From Hyaloraphidium curvatum SAG 235-1 (taxonomy: Eukaryota > Fungi > Monoblepharomycota): a stretch of 64,000 bases of DNA. Positions 47,188-56,353 of the stretch are shown here, piece after piece. The stretch covers positions 186,001 through 250,000 of the forward strand of contig JAIVFI010000017.1 in NCBI GenBank assembly GCA_025558095.1, read 5' to 3'. Within the stretch, counting starts at the first letter, position 1, and every line of letters starts with the position of its first letter. Both the position numbers and the translations under genes were made by a program. The notes below the pieces were generated by a model. That model was given only the letters and a program-made list of their open reading frames with translations. It was not told the DNA's origin and did no database searches.

Positions 47188-49902
47188 TCAGTAGCTCATA
47201 TAGGTCTGAATGTCCCCATCACGAGTCTCATCCGCCTCTGGGATGCCCGCAAGCCGGATCACGACGCGGTCGGCAATCCTCCCCAGGGCCTGGGAAATCT
47301 CGTCGCTGACCCAACCGGGGCCCAGCTCCAAATCCGTTGCAAGCACATGTAGCACGTCCAAGCGGAGATTGGCAAAACCGCGGAAGGGACGCGTGAGGAA
47401 CGCCTGCTTCACGTTGGCTGCGTGCTGCTCCTCAACGTCCACGGCTTCCAACCCAAGATCGCGGATACGCACCACGCGTCCAATACTGGCCATGACAGCC
47501 GTTTTGTCCGCATCTTTCTGTGTCCTTTCAGCGTGGAAGTAGGCGCCGTCAAACTCCAGCATGACTCGATCTCCATCCCCATCAATGAAGTGAGCATCGA
47601 CGCGCAAATCATTTCCTGTCCTAGGGTGAGGTAGGACGTCCATCATGGCTTCGCAGCACGCTTGCACGGCCGCATCGGCATCTTTGATCCAGTCGTCTCC
47701 AAATGTTGCAAATAGGTATCACACGATCGCGTGAACCTCCGAGACAGAGCGACCGTGCAGCTTCTTGGCCAGCGCAGTGCAAAGACTTTTGCCATGCCTC
47801 CCGTAGCGTTGTTCTCGATCAGGGCACCTAGACATGACTGAGGTTTTGTGTGGGCACGTCCGGTGCGTCTCCTGGTGATGTTTCAAACTGCCTGGGTAGG
47901 CAAAGGCACGACTACAGCTTTCCAGTGTGCAGACATACGGACGCTCTCCCGTGTGAATCCGTTTGTGCATGACAAGGCTGGTGGAGTTGCTGAATGACTT
48001 ATTGCAGCTGTCGGAACTGCATTTGTAAGGGCGCTCGCCAGTGTGGCTCCGCAAGTGAACAGTAAGGTGAGCTGACTGGGAAAACATGCCACCACAGCCT
48101 TCAAAGCTACATGAATAGGGACGTTCTCCAGTGTGGGTGCGCAAATGGTACGCAAGATGACCATTCTGAATGAATGCTTCGCTGCAGCCTTCGAAACGGC
48201 AGATATAGGGCCGCTCACCCGTATGGACCCGCATGTGAGTGTCCCGGCTGCTTGACGTGACAAATGTCTTGCTGCAGTCTCCAAATAGGCAGGCAAAGGG
48301 CCGCTCTCCCGTATGTGTCCGCATATGAACCACAAGATCATTGGAACCCACAAATGCCTTGTCGCAGTGCTCAACATCACAGATATAGGGACGTTCCCTA
48401 GTATGTATCCGCTTGTGCTTGACAAGGGCACACAAGGTGGCGAAGGCCTTGCCACATTCTTCAAAAGGGCACATGTAGGGGCGCTCTCCAGTGTGAGTCC
48501 GCATGTGCACTGTGAGTTCAAAAGACGTTGTAAAAGCCTTTCCACAGCCATCAGAATCGCAATTGTACGGGCGTTCTCCCAGATGGAACCGTTTGTGCGT
48601 GGCAAGAGTGCCTGCCAGAGCAAATTCCTTGCTGCAACCTTCAAAATCGCACGCATAGGGACCCTCCCCGGTGTGGGTGCGCATGTGACCTGCAAGATAG
48701 TCCGGCCTCGAAAAGGCCTTACCACAGCCCTCGAATTGGCAGGCATGTGGACGCTCCCCAGTGTGAATTCGCATGTGCTTTGCCAGCTTAGCAGACTCCG
48801 TGAATGCCCAATCACAGCCTCCGAAATTGCACCTGTAAGGACGATCTCCAGTATGAATTCGCCTGTGTACTGCAAGGCTGCCGGAAGTACTGAATGACTT
48901 GCCACACCCTTCGAAATCGCATGCGTACGGGCGCTCTCCGGTGTGACTTCTCTTGTGTACGCGACGGGCACCTGCTTCAGTGAACGCCTTGCCGCATCCT
49001 TCGAAGTCACATTGATATGGCCGCTCTCCTGTGTGAATGCGAGCATGCTTGGTCAGATGACCTGAGCTGGAGAACGCCTTGCCGCAGTCCTCAAAACCGC
49101 ACGAGTACGGGCGCTCCCCCGTGTGCGTCCGCATGTGCTGAACGAGCTTTCCGGATTCACTAAAGGTCCGACTGCACCCCTCAAAACAACACGCATAAGG
49201 GCGCTCCCCGTTGTGGATGCGCTCATGTGTGCGAAGGTGAGCTTGCTGGGTGAATGCTTTGCTGCAGCCCTCATGATTGCACACGAAGGGGCGATCCCCA
49301 CTGTGGATGCGTTGATGCACGGCAAGGGCGTTGGGGCGGGGGAACGTCTGAACACAGTTTCTGCATTGGTACGGACGAGCGCTGTCGTGCGCTTCTTTGC
49401 AATGACTCGTTCGCTTCCGTTTGGATCCAAAGATGAGACTGCAGTTCGGCCACCGGCAGGGGAACCTGCCTGGGAGGTCCTCCACCATCAAAACTACCCC
49501 GCCGGCGAAATCCGAAGGCACGGATTCTTCTACCACGCACTCCGCATGGTCTGACGCATAGAAGCTCTCCGAGTCCGAGTCCGTTGCTGGAGCTGGTTCC
49601 GACTTGTCCCACAGAGCAGGAGACCAATCCGCGATGCTGTCGCGCCGGGCGCGCTTCGCCGGCCGGGCAACGGGGCCGTTCGCAACACTCGCATCTTCTT
49701 CGCTGTCGCTGGTCACGATCGCGTCCTCGGAAGCAGTTCGTTTGACAGTCCGTTGAGCCGCGCCGTCGGCGATATGTCCGGCGGAGTCGGGGCAGCCCTC
49801 GGCCGCCGGCGCCGCCCTCTTCTGCGGCGCCGTGCCACCGCCACCGCCCGATGCGCTCCCGCGCTTGGCGGCGGGGCCGAAATAGGCGCGGATGTCGGCC
49901 AT
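47188..49902 (-). CDS. 18x C2H2 zinc-finger array fused in-frame (across one TGA at 47719-47721) to a Vsr/DUF559/EDxHD-like endonuclease domain
   Basis: 18 fingers with TGERP-type linkers. The same frame continues after the TGA: [15 protein letters not shown]...LRVDAHF...[11 protein letters not shown]...KDADK...GRVVRIR. Intronless. Confidence 0.8.
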
Positions 49903-49945
49903 TTTGAGCCGTGGGATTGAGGTGGAGCGGGTGGCTGGCCGGTTG

Positions 49946-50165
49946 AGAGCGTCAGCCCGATGCCGCTGCGCTGCGACAAGTTCGCTCCGCACATCGCTTC
50001 CAAGCTTTCCTGACGATCCATCGACTTCTTAGCAGTTGATGGACTGGTCCGCATTTTGAGATCACCAAAAGGCGCCTCCTCAAGCCGCTTCGCACCGGAC
50101 GCCTCGCCAAGCTGCTAGATGAGGCACAACGATCGCCCAACTCCAAGAAAACCACAAAATCACGC
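49946..50165. repeat. Degenerate ~220-bp direct repeat, copy 1 (upstream of ZF-nuclease gene)
   Basis: Shares ACAAGTTCGCTCCG, ATCCATCGACT-N7-AGTTGATGGA, GAGATCACC, TTCGCACC, GCCAAGCTG and CCAAGAAA in the same order with 52834-53062. Confidence 0.8.
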
Positions 50166-50342
50166 CGGGTGCGCAGTCCATCCACCTCGGCAACTGATTG
50201 CTGCCCATCGTTCCCATGTTGGATTGACCGCAATGGAGGTCTTGTGACGTTGAGCGCGTCAGAGAGAGCACGATGAATAAACGCAGCAGCTTTTCCATTT
50301 CCATACACATAAGCAGACAGCAGATCACGCACACCCGCAGCC

Positions 50343-52355
50343 TCACGGGAACCCCGCCAGCTGCCTCGTCTTCGCCCCCCCCGTCCGCGCCAGCACCACG
50401 TCCACCTCGTACTCCGCCACCGGCCACCCGCTGGCCGGATCCCCCAGGTCGTCCCACTGGAGCAGGCTCCCGAGCACGTACCCGCTCCCCCACGCCAGCT
50501 TCTTGCCCTGCGTGCCCGCGGCGGGGAGCTCCCAGTTGATGCTCTGGTACGCCCACGACCATGCGCAGGGGAGGATCCAGCCGTCGCCGGGGCAGGAGCT
50601 CGTGAGGGAGGATTGCCCGCGCTGGTCCGAATAGGACGAGCCGAGCAGGGAGGAGGTCTTGGGGACGGTCTGCACGAGGCCCATTTCGTATCCGGAGCCC
50701 GTGGCAAGGAGGTTGTACCGCTTCGCGGGTGCCGGGGTCGCGGCGTTCCAGGTCCACGGCGACGAGGGCTTCACGGGGCTCGCGGAGCTGCGGAACCGGT
50801 ACTGGTCCGCCCACTCGACGAGCGTGATGGATTCACCGCGGCGGCCGTCGAATTCCAGGACGCCGTAGGGGGCGCGCGTGTCCGCTGTCGTGGTGCCCCG
50901 CGGGGCGGACGAGTAGTCCCACCGGATCTTTATCCGCGGCTCGTCGCGGCCCGAAGCGAAGCTCCAGGTCGTCGTGACGGGAATATGGTACCGCCTGTGC
51001 TTGGAGGTGTCGCGCGGGGTGATGGACCACGGGTAGGGCAGCGGGGTTAGGGTGCCCCAGCGCGGGTACAGGAGCGAGAAGGCGTGGCTCGCGGTGCCCG
51101 CCGCCGTGTTGACGGCAACCTGCGCGCCTGTGGCGTTGTTGAGCACGTACGCGCCCAGCGGCGAGTCGTCTTCGCCGTGCAGCGAGGCGATGGTGTCCGA
51201 AGCGCCGACGTCAAAGGTGCGGTAGTACTCGTGCCCGACGGGGTACCCGAACCCGGCGTCGGACCGTCCGGCGGACATCGATGCGACGACGAGCTCCGGT
51301 GGTGTCTTTGTGGTGTCGAAATAGGTCATTTGCGCCGCGAAGCCGCCACGGCCGTTTGCGAAGCGCGCGAGCGAGACGGAGCGCGCGAGGCCCGATGCGT
51401 CGCTCCAGGTGTAGCGGTCGCAGGGAATCCCGTCGACGAGGCCGGAGTCCACGCGCAGGAGTTCGCAGGCGGCGAGGGAGGGGGTCGGGAGGGCGACGGC
51501 GGTGTTGGAGATGGGCGCCGCGGTCTGGCATCCCGAGGGAGGCGGCGGCGGTGGTGGTTGTGGAGGAGGAGTCGTCGAGGCCCGCAAAGTGGTGGACAGC
51601 GTCGACGGTGTTCGAGTCAATGCTGTCGACGTGGTCGGCGGAGGTAAGGCAAGGGTCACGGTGGCGTCAACGGTGGTGGACGGGGCCGCCGTTGGCAAGG
51701 GCGCACCTGGCGGGACCGCCGGGGGCGCTGTGGTCGGCGGCACCACGGTGTTGATTGGCGGTGCATTTGTTGTGATTCTCCTCGTCGTTGTCCTTGCCGT
51801 CGACGTGGTCGGCGGCGGTGCGCTCGGCCTCGACGGCAGGCTTATCGAGTCGAGGACCACGGTGGCTGCCGCGTCCGAGGAAAAGACGACCGTGTCAAAG
51901 ACGGCGTCCCTCCACGACGCGGCAAACACGCCGGCCCTGCCAAAGGAGGCGAAGCAGCGGCGCAGCCGCGGTAGCCCGTTGGCGGCGGTGCCCAGGAGCA
52001 CGGCCGGCCGCGACGCAACCAGAGACAGCGGCACGCGCAGCGATCGCGCGCCCGTTCTCCTGCTCGCGAGGCCGACTCTGACGGCGGACAGGTTGTTCGC
52101 GGCGCCGAAGAATGCGAGGCCCGAGAAGGCGCCGGCCGACAGCGGCGCGCACCTCAGCCGGAGCTCGCCGCTCCGCTGGAAGCGCACACGGATGGCAAAC
52201 CTCCCGATCTTCGGCTGGGCCGCCGACCGGGCGTCAACCACAGCCCGCGTCGCCGACAGTGCCACGCCCGGACCCGCGCCATCCTCGAAGAGCACCGCGC
52301 CGGCCGCCGCGCCGACGCAGACAAGCGCAAGGAGGAGAAGGAGGACGCGGCGCAT
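50343..52355 (-). CDS. Intronless secreted two-domain protein (possible carbohydrate-binding N-domain, Pro/Thr linker, bacterial-like C-domain)
   Basis: Signal peptide MRRVLLLLLALVCVGAAAG; PT-rich linker; aromatic/Gly-rich globular C-domain (DRYTWSD...GFGY.V.HE.YR...GEDDSPLG...YQS.NW...KLAWG). Confidence 0.75.
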   Translation of the reverse strand: MRRVLLLLLALVCVGAAAGAVLFEDGAGPGVALSATRAVVDARSAAQPKIGRFAIRVRFQRSGELRLRCAPLSAGAFSGLAFFGAANNLSAVRVGLASRRTGARSLRVPLSLVASRPAVLLGTAANGLPRLRRCFASFGRAGVFAASWRDAVFDTVVFSSDAAATVVLDSISLPSRPSAPPPTTSTARTTTRRITTNAPPINTVVPPTTAPPAVPPGAPLPTAAPSTTVDATVTLALPPPTTSTALTRTPSTLSTTLRASTTPPPQPPPPPPPSGCQTAAPISNTAVALPTPSLAACELLRVDSGLVDGIPCDRYTWSDASGLARSVSLARFANGRGGFAAQMTYFDTTKTPPELVVASMSAGRSDAGFGYPVGHEYYRTFDVGASDTIASLHGEDDSPLGAYVLNNATGAQVAVNTAAGTASHAFSLLYPRWGTLTPLPYPWSITPRDTSKHRRYHIPVTTTWSFASGRDEPRIKIRWDYSSAPRGTTTADTRAPYGVLEFDGRRGESITLVEWADQYRFRSSASPVKPSSPWTWNAATPAPAKRYNLLATGSGYEMGLVQTVPKTSSLLGSSYSDQRGQSSLTSSCPGDGWILPCAWSWAYQSINWELPAAGTQGKKLAWGSGYVLGSLLQWDDLGDPASGWPVAEYEVDVVLARTGGAKTRQLAGFP

Positions 52356-52833
52356 CGCGGCGTCTCTCCTCCTCCACCTGTCGGCGAATCGATGCGGCGC
52401 GCCGCAGCACAGCTCTCCGAGGCGCGCGGTCGATCCTGGGCACAGCCCTCGCCACTTTTCCGAACTGCAGGTGACGTCCCTATGAAGGGAATCCGATGGA
52501 AGAGATCTCCGGCCGCCCTACTTTTGTGAGCACCATTGGTCGGGGGCGCTTCACAGGTACGCTGCCACTCGGCGCGTCACCAAGTGCGACTTGACAGGCG
52601 CCGGAATGCATGCTCCAGTCCGAATGAACAAGAAGCGTGGAAGCATGCTGTTCCGCGAGATGGAGCTTCCCGGCGCCTGTCAAGGGCGTGCGGGTTGGAA
52701 CGGGGTTCCTTTAGAGGCCCCTTTCCGTCCCCAATCGTCGCAATAGCATGGCCTAACCATCTGATTCCCGACCTCCTCTGTTCGTTCGAGAATCTGGCCC
52801 TATTCACCGCCTTGCGCGTCCCTGTAGAGCTTT

Positions 52834-53062
52834 AGAGCGCGCGATGCAGCTGCGCTTCAACAAGTTCGCTCCGTCCCCACCTCTTCTTCTCATTCTCTTC
52901 TTCTCCTTAAGAATCCATCGACTACATAGCAGTTGATGGAATGTTGCTTATTTGGAGATCACCTGAGGCGCCTTCCCCAGCCGATTCGCACCTGATTGCC
53001 CGGCCAAGCTGGCTACAGACCATCACCGCCCATCCAAATCCAAGAAAGACACAACATCGCGG
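52834..53062. repeat. Degenerate ~230-bp direct repeat, copy 2
   Basis: Colinear similarity to 49946-50165, including the hairpin at 52914-52940. Confidence 0.8.
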
Positions 53063-53174
53063 TTGCCATCTCTGTTCGATGATCGAATAAAGGCAAATGG
53101 TTAAAGCCTTAATTCTGCCTCTGCCTCGATCTACGCGGCGCGCCCCCCAACGGCTACTCCAAACAACCAAAACC

Positions 53175-54458
53175 ATGTCGGGCTCGACGTGCATCGCCTG
53201 CCAGGCGACCTTCTCCACTGCCGACGAGCAGCGCGGGCACTACCGCACCGACTGGCACCGCTACAATCTCAAGCGGCGGGTGGCCGGCGCCGCGCCGGTC
53301 GGCGAGGAGGAGTTCCGCGACCGCGTGGACGGTGCGTCCTCCGCTCACCTGTGCGACCCGGGGCTGACGGATCTCGCTGGCACGCAGCGCAGCAGCAGCG
53401 GACGAGGGCGGAGGCGGGCAAGGCGGCGTTCCAGAAGGAGTGCGCGGCGTGCGGGTGGGGTTCCCCGCAGCGGTGGTCCTGCGCCTTCTGACAGCACGCG
53501 AGCAGGAAGACCTACTTCTCCGAGAATGCGTACAACAGCCACCTGCTCTCCAAGCGCCACCGCGACCTCGAGGCGGCTGCCGGGACGGCGGAGGCGGCGC
53601 AGGCCGACGGGGAAGAGGAGGACGCCGCAATGGCCGAGGATTCTGGCACTCCCCAGGAGCCGCGGCAGACCAACTGGCGCTCCGCGCTCGCCTCGGCGGC
53701 GGACGAGGACGAGGTCGACGCCATCCTTGCCGAGAAGCGACGGACGGCCCCCCGGCTAGCCCCCGAAGCCTGCCTCTTCTGCCCGCTCTCGTCGACGACC
53801 CCCGAGGCCAACGTGGAGCACATGTCCCGCGAGCACTCCTTCTTCATCCCCTCGCTGACGAACCTCGCGGATCTACCGGGCCTGCTGCGGACGCTCGCGG
53901 ACGCGGTGACGGTGGACAACCTGTGCCTGTACTGCGGCTTTTCGGGCAGGAAGATGCACTCGGTCGAGGCAGTGAGGAAGCACATGCTGGACAAGGGGCA
54001 TGCGAGGCTGGGCGAGGATCTGGAGGAGATGTGCGAGGAGTTCTACGAGTTCGAGGACGACGCGGGAGAGGGCATGGAGGTGGACTTCTTCAACGGCCGG
54101 ACCGACAAGTGCGTTTGCCCTTTCCTCCAAGCAGTTTCACCCGCTGACCGTGCGCACCTTTTCCCGCAGACCCTACGTCGGCGACGACCAGCACCTCCAC
54201 CTCCCCAGCGGCGCCGTCGCTGCCCCCCGCTCCCTCGCGCGCTATTACAAGCAGAACCTCGTGCCCTCCGGCAACTCGGCCATGCACCGCATCCTGCACG
54301 GGTACAAGGCGCTCGGGTACGCGGAGGAGCCCGAAGAAGTCGTCAGGAAGCGCCGCGCTCAGCGGGCAGAGGCCAGGGGGAGGGCGCGATGGGAGTCGGC
54401 GATGGGGGAGAGGGGAAACGGGCTGCAGAAGCACTTCAGGGTGCAGATTCCGTTCTAG
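53175..54458 (+). CDS. REI1: Rei1/ZNF622 pre-60S ribosome biogenesis factor
   Basis: C..C...F.....QR.HY.TDWHRYNLKRR, HL.SKRH, CLFC...HM...HSFFIP, CLYC, AV..HM.DKGH, LPSG, Y.Q, HFR.Q; 3 introns. Confidence 0.92.
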
Positions 54459-54495
54459 GCCCTCGGAGGCGCAGCGCGCGGGTTTCGCTTTGCCG

Positions 54496-54969
54496 TCATG
54501 GTGGATGAATGTCGACCTGGATCCCAGCCTTGCGGAGCCGTTCGAGTCCTCCCTGATCCCCGCCGTCCTGGCCTCCCACGATGACAACCCTCGCGGCCCC
54601 CTGGTCCACAATCCAGTCTGTACACGACGTTCCATCGCCAGCCTCCTTGCACGTCGGTCCGACCAGGTAGATGGTTCCTCCGGTCGCGGACGACAGGTTC
54701 GACAGGCGCATGAAGCACGCCGCCACCGCGTGCTCCGGTCCGAGCAGCCCATCCACCTCGTAAGCTGCCTGCGACAGCAGCCCGCGCGTTTTCGACACCA
54801 GAACGGCCGCGGCGGAGCAGGAATCCGGTGCAGCGGTTCGAGCGGCTTCGAGCGCGAGGGAAGCAAAGCACGCGTCGGCCTCGGCCTGCGTCGCCGATGG
54901 CGGTACGGGGACGGGAGAGGGCTGCATTTTGCCGGGGCCAGACGCGGAAAAAGAGCCGGAGGCTGCCAT
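54496..54969 (-). CDS. Cytidine/RibD-type deaminase-fold protein, degenerate active site
   Basis: LALEAA...AAVLV...G.TIY...C...C...I...G..RVV.......G...L..AGI.V fold pattern; the HAE and PC motifs are altered. Confidence 0.65.
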   Translation of the reverse strand: MAASGSFSASGPGKMQPSPVPVPPSATQAEADACFASLALEAARTAAPDSCSAAAVLVSKTRGLLSQAAYEVDGLLGPEHAVAACFMRLSNLSSATGGTIYLVGPTCKEAGDGTSCTDWIVDQGAARVVIVGGQDGGDQGGLERLRKAGIQVDIHPP

Positions 54970-55061
54970 TCAGGCCTGCCTCGGTTGGCGACTCTTCACA
55001 TACCTCTGAGAGTGACGCGCGGCGCTTCGACCGCGTTTACCACTTTGCCGGGCAAAGCGAG

Positions 55062-56318
55062 ATGTCGAGCGACGCCTCATCTTGTTGCTCGGCGCCGGAT
55101 GGAGGCGGACCGGACGGCGCCCCACGGCTGCCGCCCGAGCTCCTCCTCGAAATCGCGTCCTACCTCCGCCCCCGTGACCTCCTCGAGGCCTCCCTCGCAA
55201 GCCGGACAGTCCACCAACTGCTCCTCTCCGAGCTGGTCGGCAGCTTGTCCGACCGCTGGTTCTCCACCCGCGGCAGGGTGGAAGCCTTCGCGCGGGATGC
55301 GGTCGGCGCGGGCAAGTTCGGTGCTATGAAGAGGTGGCGGCTCTCGGTGCGCGAGCGGACCGACTGGATACTCGAGGCCGGCATCCTGCCGCGCTGCCGC
55401 AACCTGGTTTCGCTGGCGCTAAACGTCACGCTGCCGGGGCAGCTGGAAATGGTCGCCTCGGCCGGGCTGTTGGCGCTGAAGGAGCTCGAGCTCAACGTGC
55501 TGCAGGCGTTCGATCTTCCCGAAGGATTTGCGCTCCGCCTGCCTGCGTTGGAGGAGCTCGAGTACAGCTGCATCCTCATTCCGGGGCTGCTGGACGCCAT
55601 CGTCGCCGGATGCCCGGCATTGACGGAAGCGAAAATGGAGGTCTACCCCATCTCGCAGGCCGCCGTGCCATCCCCGCTGCTGCCGAGGACCCTCCTCGGC
55701 AGGGTCAAAAGTTGGCACATGACCAACTTCGACTGGTTCTCGCTCCTCCTGCAGGAGCCCGACTTCGACCCGGAAACGGTCACGCAATGGGCCGCGCTCC
55801 GGATGTGGGACAGCGCGGATGCCTTTTCGCTGCTTCGGGGCAAGAAGCGGCTCCGCAGGCTCGAGGTGGCGGGGATCGGCACCCACGAGCTGGTCGGCGG
55901 GCTCCCCGAGGGGCTGGAGAGCTTCTCGGCCGAGGAGGTGCGTCTTTCCCGTCTCTCGCGTGAGGATCTGGCCAAGCTCGAGGCCGCGCTTGCCGATTCG
56001 GGGGCAGACATCTCGATCCAGCTGCGATGGACGGGCGGCGAAGCGCTGGCCATGGAGCCGGACGAGTTCAGGGACGTCGTGGCGCAGCTGGGCATGTGGA
56101 AGTGGTTCGGGACGGGCCGGTGGCTCGGGACGCGGCGGGTGCAGCTGGACACGGATTCGTTCGGGGGCGGGCTGGCCGAGTTTGCCGCCGCCTACGCGGA
56201 TTCGCTGGCGGACGCGGGGGATGAGAAGATCGAGGCGTTTTTGCACCTTTTGAAGGCTGCAACCGGCGGCGCCACGGACGACGATGCGTCGGAGGAGGAG
56301 GAGGACGGTGAGGGATGA
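55062..56318 (+). CDS. F-box + LRR-like protein
   Basis: RLPPELLLEIASYL.PRDLL..SL.SR F-box, followed by L..L.L repeats. Confidence 0.85.
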   Translation: MSSDASSCCSAPDGGGPDGAPRLPPELLLEIASYLRPRDLLEASLASRTVHQLLLSELVGSLSDRWFSTRGRVEAFARDAVGAGKFGAMKRWRLSVRERTDWILEAGILPRCRNLVSLALNVTLPGQLEMVASAGLLALKELELNVLQAFDLPEGFALRLPALEELEYSCILIPGLLDAIVAGCPALTEAKMEVYPISQAAVPSPLLPRTLLGRVKSWHMTNFDWFSLLLQEPDFDPETVTQWAALRMWDSADAFSLLRGKKRLRRLEVAGIGTHELVGGLPEGLESFSAEEVRLSRLSREDLAKLEAALADSGADISIQLRWTGGEALAMEPDEFRDVVAQLGMWKWFGTGRWLGTRRVQLDTDSFGGGLAEFAAAYADSLADAGDEKIEAFLHLLKAATGGATDDDASEEEEDGEG

Positions 56319-56353
56319 TGTGGAGTCTTGATGTGGAAACTGAACCGACGATT

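Noticed and set aside
47880-49300. ~90-bp periodic repeats that could look like a CRISPR array or satellite
   Set aside because: They are the coding units of C2H2 fingers (30 aa each) with synonymous variation, not identical repeats with spacers.
50017-50043. Hairpin repeat as a known snRNA, riboswitch or tRNA
   Set aside because: No match to the U1/U2/U4/U5/U6, TPP or tRNA consensus sequences I can recall.
49946-53062. LTR retrotransposon
   Set aside because: No TG...CA ends, PBS/PPT, gag/pol or target-site duplication was recognisable between or around the repeats.
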